From positions 8,884-72,883 of IMG/VR virus record IMGVR_UViG_3300046804_005798: a DNA stretch of 64,000 bases. One strand, given 5' to 3'. Under the pieces are notes generated by a model. It saw nothing but the letters and a program-made list of their open reading frames with translations, was not told the DNA's origin and did no database searches. Numbering within the stretch: position 1 is the stretch's first letter; each line of letters begins with the position of its first letter. The DNA is from a virus. This document shows, piece after piece, positions 48,833 through 57,111 of the stretch. The translations under genes and the position numbers were made by a program.

Positions 48833-49114
48833 GCGAGTATGGTGGAATCGGTAGACACACCAGACTTATGAAAATTGAGCCTCATTTGGGAAACCTTGTG
48901 AGTGTAACTCCTCAAATTCGGTGAAACCTGTAAAATGGCAATACCGAGCCAAGCATCGTAAGATGAAGGTGTAGAGACTAGACGGGGAGCACCTAAACCA
49001 AAAGGTATGGTGAAGGTATAGTCCAGACCACAAACCGAAAGGGTAGTGAAAACTATAGTGGTACGAAAATCTGTTGAGCGTATGCTCGTGGGAGTTCAAG
49101 TCTCCCTACTCGCA
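48833..49114 (+). tRNA. trnL: tRNA-Leu(UAA), exons 48833-48867 and 49066-49114
   Basis: Acceptor GCGAGTA/TACTCGC + A; spliced anticodon loop CT-T^AA-AA; long variable arm GAGC-GTAT-GCTC; GTTCAAGTC T-arm; no CCA encoded. Confidence 0.93.
48868..49065 (+). mobile_element. Group I intron (198 nt, trnL/IC3-like) in the anticodon
   Basis: P1 CUU/GAG via AAATTGAG; CAAATTCGGTGAA, AATACCGAGCC, GTAGAGACTAGACGG, AGGTATAGTCC; terminal G. Confidence 0.92.
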
Positions 49115-49159
49115 CTGAGGTTTAACCTCTAAATAGTCAAAAGTAGTAGGAAAACTCCT

Positions 49160-49429
49160 ATGAAGTACAGAATTGATGCCGCATATGTCTGGTACAATCG
49201 CGGAAGACAAATTGTTTTAATGTACTTTATAAATAAAATTCCTTTTACTTTTGATGAACTCGATGACGAATCTTTATTCGACTTAGAGTTGATCAAATTA
49301 GCAGACAATGAAAGACGCTTTGAACCAGAGGACTTGTATCAATCTTCTTACTATCTTATGTTAGAAGAATGTCATCCTCTTATGTTTGAGTTGGATTTAG
49401 AAAATCCTGAAATGTTGCCTGTTGATTAA
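49160..49429 (+). CDS. Conserved cyanophage hypothetical protein
   Basis: IVLMYFIN.IPFTFDE...YLMLEECHPL; CTAAATA late promoter upstream. Confidence 0.75.
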   Translation: MKYRIDAAYVWYNRGRQIVLMYFINKIPFTFDELDDESLFDLELIKLADNERRFEPEDLYQSSYYLMLEECHPLMFELDLENPEMLPVD

Positions 49430-49432
49430 TTT

Positions 49433-49505
49433 GCTGGTGTAACTCAATTGGTAGAGTAATTCTTTTGTAAAGAATAAGTTGCAGGATCGTGCCCTGTCAC
49501 CAGCT
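49433..49505 (+). tRNA. trnT: tRNA-Thr(UGU)
   Basis: GCTGGTG/CACCAGC acceptor; ATTCT-TT-TGT-AA-AGAAT anticodon arm; atypical T-loop ATCGTGC. Confidence 0.88.
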
Positions 49506-49524
49506 TGAGTTCTATAACTCCAAA

Positions 49525-49668
49525 ATGTCACTTATTTCACAAAGAGATAGAGAAGTTGCTGTAAAAGCACTTGAGCATTATTCATCTTTCGTAAAAGACG
49601 AATCTGATAAGATGGAACTGAATGCTCTTATAAATTGGATTAAATTAGAGATTAGTAAAAATGAATAA
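49525..49668 (+). CDS. 47-aa hypothetical protein
   Basis: MSLISQRDREVAVKALEHY...LINWIKLE. Confidence 0.65.
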   Translation: MSLISQRDREVAVKALEHYSSFVKDESDKMELNALINWIKLEISKNE

Positions 49669-49760
49669 ATATCATTACCTGTGACCGGCAAATTTACAGG
49701 AGGAGGGTGAAAATCCCTCCATTTTTATATAAATAATAATGCCGGTTACAGAGTAGAACT

Positions 49761-50303
49761 ATGTCAAAGTATGATTTTCTTCATCAACTTGAAGAGGATG
49801 AAGAGTGTAAAGAATTAAGAGATTACCCTGGATATTTTATTACTACGAAAGGAAGAGTTTGGAGCAGTATAAAAGGAAAGGGTAGATGGATGAGTTCATA
49901 TAAACAAGGGCAATATTATTGGGGGGTTATGATTGGTGGAAGAAATGGTGGCAATAAACTTATACATCAATTGGTTGGAAGAAATTTTTTAAATGAATAC
50001 AGAATTGGACTGAAAATCCTTCATAAAAATGAAAATCTAGATCATCCTAATATAAATTTTTTAGATAACCTTTATGTAGGAACTCAAAAAGATAATATTA
50101 TAGATAAAAATACAAAAAATAGAGGAAGGCACGGCGGAAAACAACATTTGAGTATAAAGCAGGTTGAAGAAATTAAAACTATGTGGTACAATAGTAGTGG
50201 AGAAACCGTTAATAAATTTTCTACAAGAATATGTGAGTTATATGGAGTTAGTAGAACTACAATTTCTTATATCATAAAAGAAAAAACTTGGTATTATGTT
50301 TAG
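49761..50303 (+). mobile_element. Free-standing NUMOD4-like/HNH homing endonuclease with C-terminal HTH
   Basis: YPGYFIT..GRVWS; IHQLV...F; ILHK...NLYVGTQKDN; YGVSRTTIS.I...KTW; TATAAATA at 49728-49735. Confidence 0.85.
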
Positions 50304-50318
50304 AAAGGAGGTAGATCA

Positions 50319-50492
50319 ATTAAAATAAATCTCTGGTACTGTAAAGATATGAGTCAATGGAGATGGACTCTTACTGATGACTCGCGACCTATCCTTAAAC
50401 AGGAATCTGGACAAAGACCATTTCTTAGGGATGCAATGAATGACGTTGCAAATACAGTAGAATATATGTTAGAATGCAAACAAAGTGAGTAA
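50319..50492 (+). CDS. 57-aa protein, probable ATT start
   Basis: (M)KINLWYCKDMSQWRWTLTD...; AAGGAGGT SD 6 nt before ATT; an alternative ATG at 50349 lacks an SD. Confidence 0.6.
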   Translation: MKINLWYCKDMSQWRWTLTDDSRPILKQESGQRPFLRDAMNDVANTVEYMLECKQSE

Positions 50493-50502
50493 AAATACTT
50501 AG

Positions 50503-51144
50503 ATGAAGAGTGAGTATTTTATAGATAAGGTAGGTAAGGAAGAAATCAAAGATCTTCTTTATACCTACCATTATCTTAAAGACGAATCGAAGGATTTCAA
50601 AAGTGGATATAATTACTCACTTTACCGCAAGTCATTCACAGACATACTTAATATTGGCGGGTCTATTGGTGCTTGCATTTTCAGTACTCTCCCAGTTCCA
50701 GAAATTGCAGTAGGAGCATTTGGACTAGAAAGAAATCAACAAGAAGGCATATACGAATTATCAAGACTTTGTATACATCCTGATATTCAAAAAGAAGAAT
50801 ATAATATCACATCTTGGTTCGTCAGTCGTTGTATAAGGAGATTTAGAAAAGATGCCCGCGTTCGTGCTATTCTTAGTTACGCTGACAATAATCACCACAC
50901 TGGAATTATATACAGAGCTTGTAATTTTCAATACTATGGTTTGACTGATAAGAAATCTGACTTTTGGATTAAACAATTAGATGGTTCATTTATCAAACAC
51001 TCAAGAGGTGCTATCAAAGGATTAGATGGAGAGTGGAGAGAGAGGAGTAGAAAACATCGGTATTTAATGATATTTGATAGGGAACTAAAAAAACGCTTGA
51101 CATGGAAAGAAGAATTGTGGTATAATACAAAAGGCGATACTTAA
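50503..51144 (+). CDS. Mom-like GNAT-fold DNA modification protein
   Basis: YHYL...ELSRLC...SWFVSR...ILSYAD...H.G.IY.A.NF.Y.G...KHRY motifs. Confidence 0.7.
   Translation: MKSEYFIDKVGKEEIKDLLYTYHYLKDESKDFKSGYNYSLYRKSFTDILNIGGSIGACIFSTLPVPEIAVGAFGLERNQQEGIYELSRLCIHPDIQKEEYNITSWFVSRCIRRFRKDARVRAILSYADNNHHTGIIYRACNFQYYGLTDKKSDFWIKQLDGSFIKHSRGAIKGLDGEWRERSRKHRYLMIFDRELKKRLTWKEELWYNTKGDT
51097..51126 (+). promoter_or_regulatory. Consensus sigma70 promoter inside the 3' end of the Mom-like gene
   Basis: TTGACA-N18-TATAAT with TGn extended -10. Confidence 0.75.
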
Positions 51145-51168
51145 CCAAACTCCTTCCGTGTGCTTCAG

Positions 51169-51192
51169 AACCTCCCTCGTGGAGGTTTTGTT
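51169..51192 (+). terminator. Rho-independent terminator
   Basis: AACCTCC-CTCGT-GGAGGTT followed by TTGTT. Confidence 0.7.
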
Positions 51193-51235
51193 GTATGATA
51201 AATAATCCATAACGGAAACTATAAGTGTTAATAAA

Positions 51236-54200
51236 ATGGGTCTTTCACGCCTTAATAATTTTCTGAAGTCTGCGAGAGGAACAGTTCTCTACGTTAATCC
51301 TAATGACTTAGATGCCACTGATAGTATTGAAAATCAAGGTAACTCTTTGACTCGCCCATTTAAAACTATTCAGAGAGCATTAATTGAGTCTGCAAGATTT
51401 TCGTACCAGAAAGGTTTAAGTAATGATAGATTTAATAAAACTACAATTATTCTTTACCCTGGAGACCATATTGTAGATAATCGTCCTGGATTCATCCCTG
51501 ATGGTGAAGGTATTTTTCTTCGTAGAGACGGAACAGTAACAAATGATTTCCCACCATATGATTTAAGTACAAATTTTGATTTAACAAATTCAGCAAACCA
51601 ACTTTATAAACTTAACAGTATTCATGGTGGCGTTATTATCCCTCGCGGAACTTCGATTGTTGGGTTGGACTTAAGAAAGACTAAAATAAGACCAAAATAT
51701 GTTCCAAATCCATTAAATGATAATATTGAAAAATCAACTATTTTTAGAGTTACTGGTGGATGTTATTTCTGGCAGTTTTCTTTGTTTGATGCTGATCCAA
51801 ATGGACAGTGTTATATTGATTATACTACCAATCTTTTTGTTCCGAACTTTTCTCACCACAAATTAACTTGTTTTGAATATGCTGATGGTGTAAATGAAGT
51901 AAGTATAGATGATGAATACATTACCAATAGAAATTTTGGTAGAACTGATCTTGAAATGTATTATGAAAAGGTTGGTCTTGTTTATGGACAATCATCTGGT
52001 CGTCCTATTGAACCAGATTATCCAAGTTCAGGTCTTGATATTGAACCAAAAATCGACGAATATCGTATTGTTGGATCAACTGGATTTACTGTAGGTATAG
52101 CAAGTATAATATCAGGAGATGGAATAACTCCTGGTACAACAGTCACTGTAACTACAGAAGATGCTGTTCCTGGATTAGATGTAGATACCCCATTTAGAAT
52201 TGAAGGTGTAACTGCAGATGGTTATGATGGACAATTTGTAGTTACTGAAAAAATATCAGATACTATAATTAAATATCAAGTTCAAAACGAACCAACTCTT
52301 GCATTATCTACTTCTGAAGGAGCAACTCTTACATTACAATCAGATACCGTAAGTTCAGCATCTCCCTATATTTTTAACATCTCTCTTCGTTCCGTATATG
52401 GAATGTGTGGAATTCTTGCTGATGGGGATAAAGCAACTGGATTTAAATCTATGGTTGTTGCACAATTCACTGGAATTGGACTTCAAAAAGATGATAGGGC
52501 ATTTGTCATTTTCGATGAAGAAACCGGATTATATCAAGATAGCTCAGTTCCAGGCAATGAGACTTTAAGTAATAATTCTAGATCTATTCATAATCCAGAG
52601 TGGAGAAATTTCCACATTAAAGCTACTAATGATGCATTTATTCAAAATGTTTCAATTTTTGCAATTGGTTATGCGGAACATTTTGTCACTGAAAGTGGTG
52701 GCGACATGTCAATCACTAACTCAAACTCTAACTTTGGATCTAAAGCATTAGTTGCTAGTGGATTTAAGAGAAATGCTTTTCCTCAAGATGATCTTGGGTA
52801 TATCACACATATTATACCCCCAAAAGAGGTTTCCTTAGATGAATTTACTTATGAATTCAATGCTATTGATGTCGCAAAAACAATTTCTTTTGGGTCAACT
52901 GGAAACTTATATCTTTATGGTCAAACAAACTCAGATGTTTACCCTGATAATGTGATTGAGGGGTATCGTATAGGTGCAAGACAAAATGATAGACTAAATG
53001 TACTTGTTTCTTCATCGGGAACAGTAACGGAATATTCTTCTAGAATTGTAATGCCACAGTCTCAGACAAGTTCTGAGAAATCATTTAATGTTACTAATAA
53101 TTCCAATAATGTATTGACCATTGGAGCGCATACTCTGACAAATGGGGAAAAAATTAGATTTTTAAGTGATATTGGAAAAATACCAGATGGACTTTTAAAT
53201 AATCAAGTTTATTATGCAATCACACAGGTAAATGATGTTGGAATAGGAACGACTCAGATTAAAGTTGCAAAGACTCTAAGTGAGTCTCTTACACATACAA
53301 ACACATCTCCAAAAAATATAACTTTCAATACTAAAGGAGGTTCTTTAAAAGTTGTAAGTAGGGTTTCTGATAAAATATCAGGTGATATTGGACATCCAAT
53401 TCAATTTGATACTACGAGAAATCAGTGGTATATTAGAGTAGCATCGGCAAGCACTGAAAATGGAATTTATAATGTAATTGTAGGATTAGGAACAACTGCT
53501 CTTGGGGAAGCAACATCAAGAACGTATATCAAACGTAAAAAAGACAATAGATCTTTATCCGAAAGAATATATCGTGTCAGATATGTTATACCAAAAGATG
53601 TAGGTGCATCCAACGTAAGACCACCAAGTGATGGATATATTTTACAAGAATCAAACACTTCTATAGGATCTACTGATGGAGAAGTGCAAACTTATTTTGG
53701 TAGTGGATCAATTAGCAATGCAAATGACCAAAGAAACTTCAGATTCATTGCCAATGCAAATTGGCAAAGTAATATTGCAAATGTTTCCACAGAACTTCCA
53801 CACAACTTAACTATCGGTTCTCAAGTTGAAATAATAAATGTAGAGTCTAGTTTAAATCCTACTGGAGTAGGTAATTCTGGATTTAATGGCACATTTTCTG
53901 TCACAGGAATTAGTAGTGCAAAACATTTTTCTTTCAGTTTATTAGATAATCCAGGATCTTTTGCAAATAATACTAATTCTAGGGATACAACCCTCCCGTA
54001 TTTTAAGAAAAAAGAGCATAATAATACATACTATATTTTTAGAAATGAGCAAGTTCAAAAGTTTACACCACAAGTTGAAGATGGTATTTATTATTTGACA
54101 ATTTTAAATTCATCTGTTATTCCGTCAGTTAATTATTTTACAGATGAAAAGTTTTCGCAAAATGTCAAAAACTTATATCCACAACTCGATAAGGATAATC

Positions 54201-57100
54201 CAGTATCAGATCCAATAGAGGCAAAATCTTTTGCACAATCTTCATTAATTGGAGAAACTTTAGTTGATGAACCAAAAAATAGTATTACAAAAGAAACTAT
54301 TTCTAAGAATTTAATAGATGTGGGCGTTGGAATTGGTGTTACTAACATTGTTTCAACAAGTTCAACTATTCACACTATTCATACCTCAATTGATCATGGA
54401 TTAAATCGTATCACCAAAGTTTCAATTGCAAGTAGTGGACTTGGATATGGATTTGCATCTGCAGGAGATCTCTATAATGCACAATTGGTAGGTATTGGAA
54501 CATCTATTACAGGAAAATATGCAACGGCAAAGGTAACAGTCAATGCGGCTGGTAATATTACCAACGTAGTTATTATGGATGGTGGTAGTGCTTATGGGAT
54601 AGGAAATTCTTTATCTGTTGTTGGACTCTCAACTTTTGCTGGATTTACTACTGCAATTGTAAATGTAACCAAAATTTATAATAATGTTGGAGACTCTATA
54701 AGAATTAATGGTGTAAGTTCAGAATCTTATTCATCTTTCAACAATCTTTATAGAATAACTGGAGTTGGTGTAGGATCTGCAAATAGTTTTACTGTAGAGT
54801 CTTCTGTTGGAGTTTCTACATGGGTTTCTAGCACTGGCATTGGATCAGTTGTAACTTCAAATTCAACAGCATATTTAACTGGAGAGACTTTAAGAATTAG
54901 TTCTCTTGTATATGATAGAGTTAGTGGAATCGCTACAGTTATAACCCAAAACAGACATGGACTTAAGATTGATTCAAAAATTAGAATCGGTGGAGCAAAT
55001 CAATCACTTTACAATGGAGACTTTGTAGTTACAGAAAATGTTGGACTTACTTCATTTAGAGTTAAGATTGGAATAGGAACAACTGCACCAACAGCTACTG
55101 GAACACTATATGGTTATAGGGGAGGTGTAACTTCCAATGAAGGTATTGTTACAATTGATAATGAAAATTTAAATGGAAGAATGACATCAATTTATGCAGG
55201 AATTACGACTACTCTATATTCTGCAATAAATGATGTTACTACTGAAAGCATCACTCTTAATGGAATTGATAGTTTAGATGTTAAAATTGGAGATTATTTT
55301 GCAATCGATGATGAAATTGTAAGAGTAAAAACAACAGTTCCCAATAATATTAGTGCTGGAACTCCAATTTCAGTGTTTAGAAGTGTTCTTGGAACAAAAG
55401 CATCTACTCACATTAGCAATTCTGTTGTAAGAAAAATTCGTCCTCTTCCAGTAGAACTTAGAAGACACTCTATTTCTCGTGCATCTAGTCATACATTTGA
55501 ATACGTTGGATTTGGTCCGGGAAATTATTCAACTGCATTTCCAGATAGACAAGATCGACAAATTTCTTCACAAGAGGAACTTTTAGGACAATCTACCAGA
55601 AAAAATGGTGGAATAAACTTCTATACTGGAATGAATGATAAGGGTATTTCATATTCCGGAAACAAAAAACTAAGCACAGTAACCGGTCAGGAAGAAATCT
55701 TTGATACTCCTATTCAAACTATTACGGGCGAAGACATTTCCGATTTTCCAAGTATTAATGTCATCAGCGCAATTGAAGGTAATTTTGGACGTTCCATCAC
55801 GATATCTGGAGGTTCAAATAAAAATTCAGTTTCTGAATTTAATGGTCCAGTAATTTTTACAAATAAATTAACTTCAAATTCGCCAAAAGGAATTGAGGCA
55901 AACTCTTTATATTTGCAAGGAGATGCTGTTGTTTCTAGAAAATTCACTGTGGGTGTTTCAACGCCAACATCTGCAGGAAATCCTGGTGATGTTGTTTATC
56001 TTGACAACCCAACAAAAACTGGATTTGTAGGGTGGATTTATACAAAAGAAAATGCATGGTTCCGTTTTGGTGCAATTAATGAAGCTAGTGTTTCAAACTC
56101 CCCAATTTTTGATACTCTTGGAATTAATACTATCACTGCTGGAGCAAATAGATTATTAGTAAATTCCGGAACAAATCAATTCTCAGTCACTTCTTCTGGT
56201 GGAGTTGGGATAGGAACAACTGATAGAGGATTTAAATTAAATATATCTGGAAATGCCAACATTTCTGGAAATTTAAATATCTCCGGTGTTTTAACTGCAT
56301 CTAATTTTGTAGGTGATGGTTCTTTAATTACAAATTTAAGTTTACCTGCTAGTGGATGGACTAATACTTCCAATGAAGTTTATAATACTGACTTCAAAAA
56401 TGTTGGTATTGGAACATCTGTTCCAAGATTTATGTTTGAGGTTGGGACAGTTGGAATGTCTTCAACAAGCATTTATGTCAATGGTCAAGCAAGATTTGTA
56501 GGTCTTATTACTGCAAATAATATTAATGTGAGTGGAATTATAACAGCAACTTCATACAATCTTCAAAGTTCTTCTGGAAGAATTACTGCTGGGATAATCA
56601 CATCTACTAATTTGGTTGTAGGAACTTCTGGAACTGCTCTTATAACATCTAGTTCTAATATTGGTATTGGAACTCTTACACCAAGAGCAAAATTGGATGT
56701 TGAAGGTCTTACAAGACTTAAAACTTATTCCGAATCTATTACTACCCTGACAAGTGCATCTAATTTTGTTACTATTGATCTTTCAGTTTCACAAACATTT
56801 GAATTGACTCTAACTGAAAATATAAACTACTTTGTAATTGTAAATCCACCAGCAAATTCATCTTCATTTACAATTAAAATAACACAAGGTTCAAGTGGTG
56901 GTTATACTGTTGATTTGGATGATTTTAGAAATATTGGATTAAATTCAATTCCAGTATATTGGCCTGGTGGAGGTATTGTTCCAAATGTTACCTCAACTGC
57001 AAATAGAAGTGACATTTATTCTTTCCGATTATTTGACGGTAACAATATGTCAACTGTTGGAATGTACGCCGTTGTGGTTGGACAAAACTTTATAAACTGA
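51236..57100 (+). CDS. Giant virion structural/tail-fibre-associated protein
   Basis: LYVNP.D.DATD...RPFKTIQRAL N terminus, beta-helix-like region, VGIGT repeats; ATAAATA late promoter. Confidence 0.8.
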   Translation: MGLSRLNNFLKSARGTVLYVNPNDLDATDSIENQGNSLTRPFKTIQRALIESARFSYQKGLSNDRFNKTTIILYPGDHIVDNRPGFIPDGEGIFLRRDGTVTNDFPPYDLSTNFDLTNSANQLYKLNSIHGGVIIPRGTSIVGLDLRKTKIRPKYVPNPLNDNIEKSTIFRVTGGCYFWQFSLFDADPNGQCYIDYTTNLFVPNFSHHKLTCFEYADGVNEVSIDDEYITNRNFGRTDLEMYYEKVGLVYGQSSGRPIEPDYPSSGLDIEPKIDEYRIVGSTGFTVGIASIISGDGITPGTTVTVTTEDAVPGLDVDTPFRIEGVTADGYDGQFVVTEKISDTIIKYQVQNEPTLALSTSEGATLTLQSDTVSSASPYIFNISLRSVYGMCGILADGDKATGFKSMVVAQFTGIGLQKDDRAFVIFDEETGLYQDSSVPGNETLSNNSRSIHNPEWRNFHIKATNDAFIQNVSIFAIGYAEHFVTESGGDMSITNSNSNFGSKALVASGFKRNAFPQDDLGYITHIIPPKEVSLDEFTYEFNAIDVAKTISFGSTGNLYLYGQTNSDVYPDNVIEGYRIGARQNDRLNVLVSSSGTVTEYSSRIVMPQSQTSSEKSFNVTNNSNNVLTIGAHTLTNGEKIRFLSDIGKIPDGLLNNQVYYAITQVNDVGIGTTQIKVAKTLSESLTHTNTSPKNITFNTKGGSLKVVSRVSDKISGDIGHPIQFDTTRNQWYIRVASASTENGIYNVIVGLGTTALGEATSRTYIKRKKDNRSLSERIYRVRYVIPKDVGASNVRPPSDGYILQESNTSIGSTDGEVQTYFGSGSISNANDQRNFRFIANANWQSNIANVSTELPHNLTIGSQVEIINVESSLNPTGVGNSGFNGTFSVTGISSAKHFSFSLLDNPGSFANNTNSRDTTLPYFKKKEHNNTYYIFRNEQVQKFTPQVEDGIYYLTILNSSVIPSVNYFTDEKFSQNVKNLYPQLDKDNPVSDPIEAKSFAQSSLIGETLVDEPKNSITKETISKNLIDVGVGIGVTNIVSTSSTIHTIHTSIDHGLNRITKVSIASSGLGYGFASAGDLYNAQLVGIGTSITGKYATAKVTVNAAGNITNVVIMDGGSAYGIGNSLSVVGLSTFAGFTTAIVNVTKIYNNVGDSIRINGVSSESYSSFNNLYRITGVGVGSANSFTVESSVGVSTWVSSTGIGSVVTSNSTAYLTGETLRISSLVYDRVSGIATVITQNRHGLKIDSKIRIGGANQSLYNGDFVVTENVGLTSFRVKIGIGTTAPTATGTLYGYRGGVTSNEGIVTIDNENLNGRMTSIYAGITTTLYSAINDVTTESITLNGIDSLDVKIGDYFAIDDEIVRVKTTVPNNISAGTPISVFRSVLGTKASTHISNSVVRKIRPLPVELRRHSISRASSHTFEYVGFGPGNYSTAFPDRQDRQISSQEELLGQSTRKNGGINFYTGMNDKGISYSGNKKLSTVTGQEEIFDTPIQTITGEDISDFPSINVISAIEGNFGRSITISGGSNKNSVSEFNGPVIFTNKLTSNSPKGIEANSLYLQGDAVVSRKFTVGVSTPTSAGNPGDVVYLDNPTKTGFVGWIYTKENAWFRFGAINEASVSNSPIFDTLGINTITAGANRLLVNSGTNQFSVTSSGGVGIGTTDRGFKLNISGNANISGNLNISGVLTASNFVGDGSLITNLSLPASGWTNTSNEVYNTDFKNVGIGTSVPRFMFEVGTVGMSSTSIYVNGQARFVGLITANNINVSGIITATSYNLQSSSGRITAGIITSTNLVVGTSGTALITSSSNIGIGTLTPRAKLDVEGLTRLKTYSESITTLTSASNFVTIDLSVSQTFELTLTENINYFVIVNPPANSSSFTIKITQGSSGGYTVDLDDFRNIGLNSIPVYWPGGGIVPNVTSTANRSDIYSFRLFDGNNMSTVGMYAVVVGQNFIN

Positions 57101-57111
57101 GGTAAAAACTA

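Noticed and set aside
48866-49099. 77-aa minus-strand ORF
   Set aside because: Antisense to the tRNA-Leu intron; explained by structured RNA.
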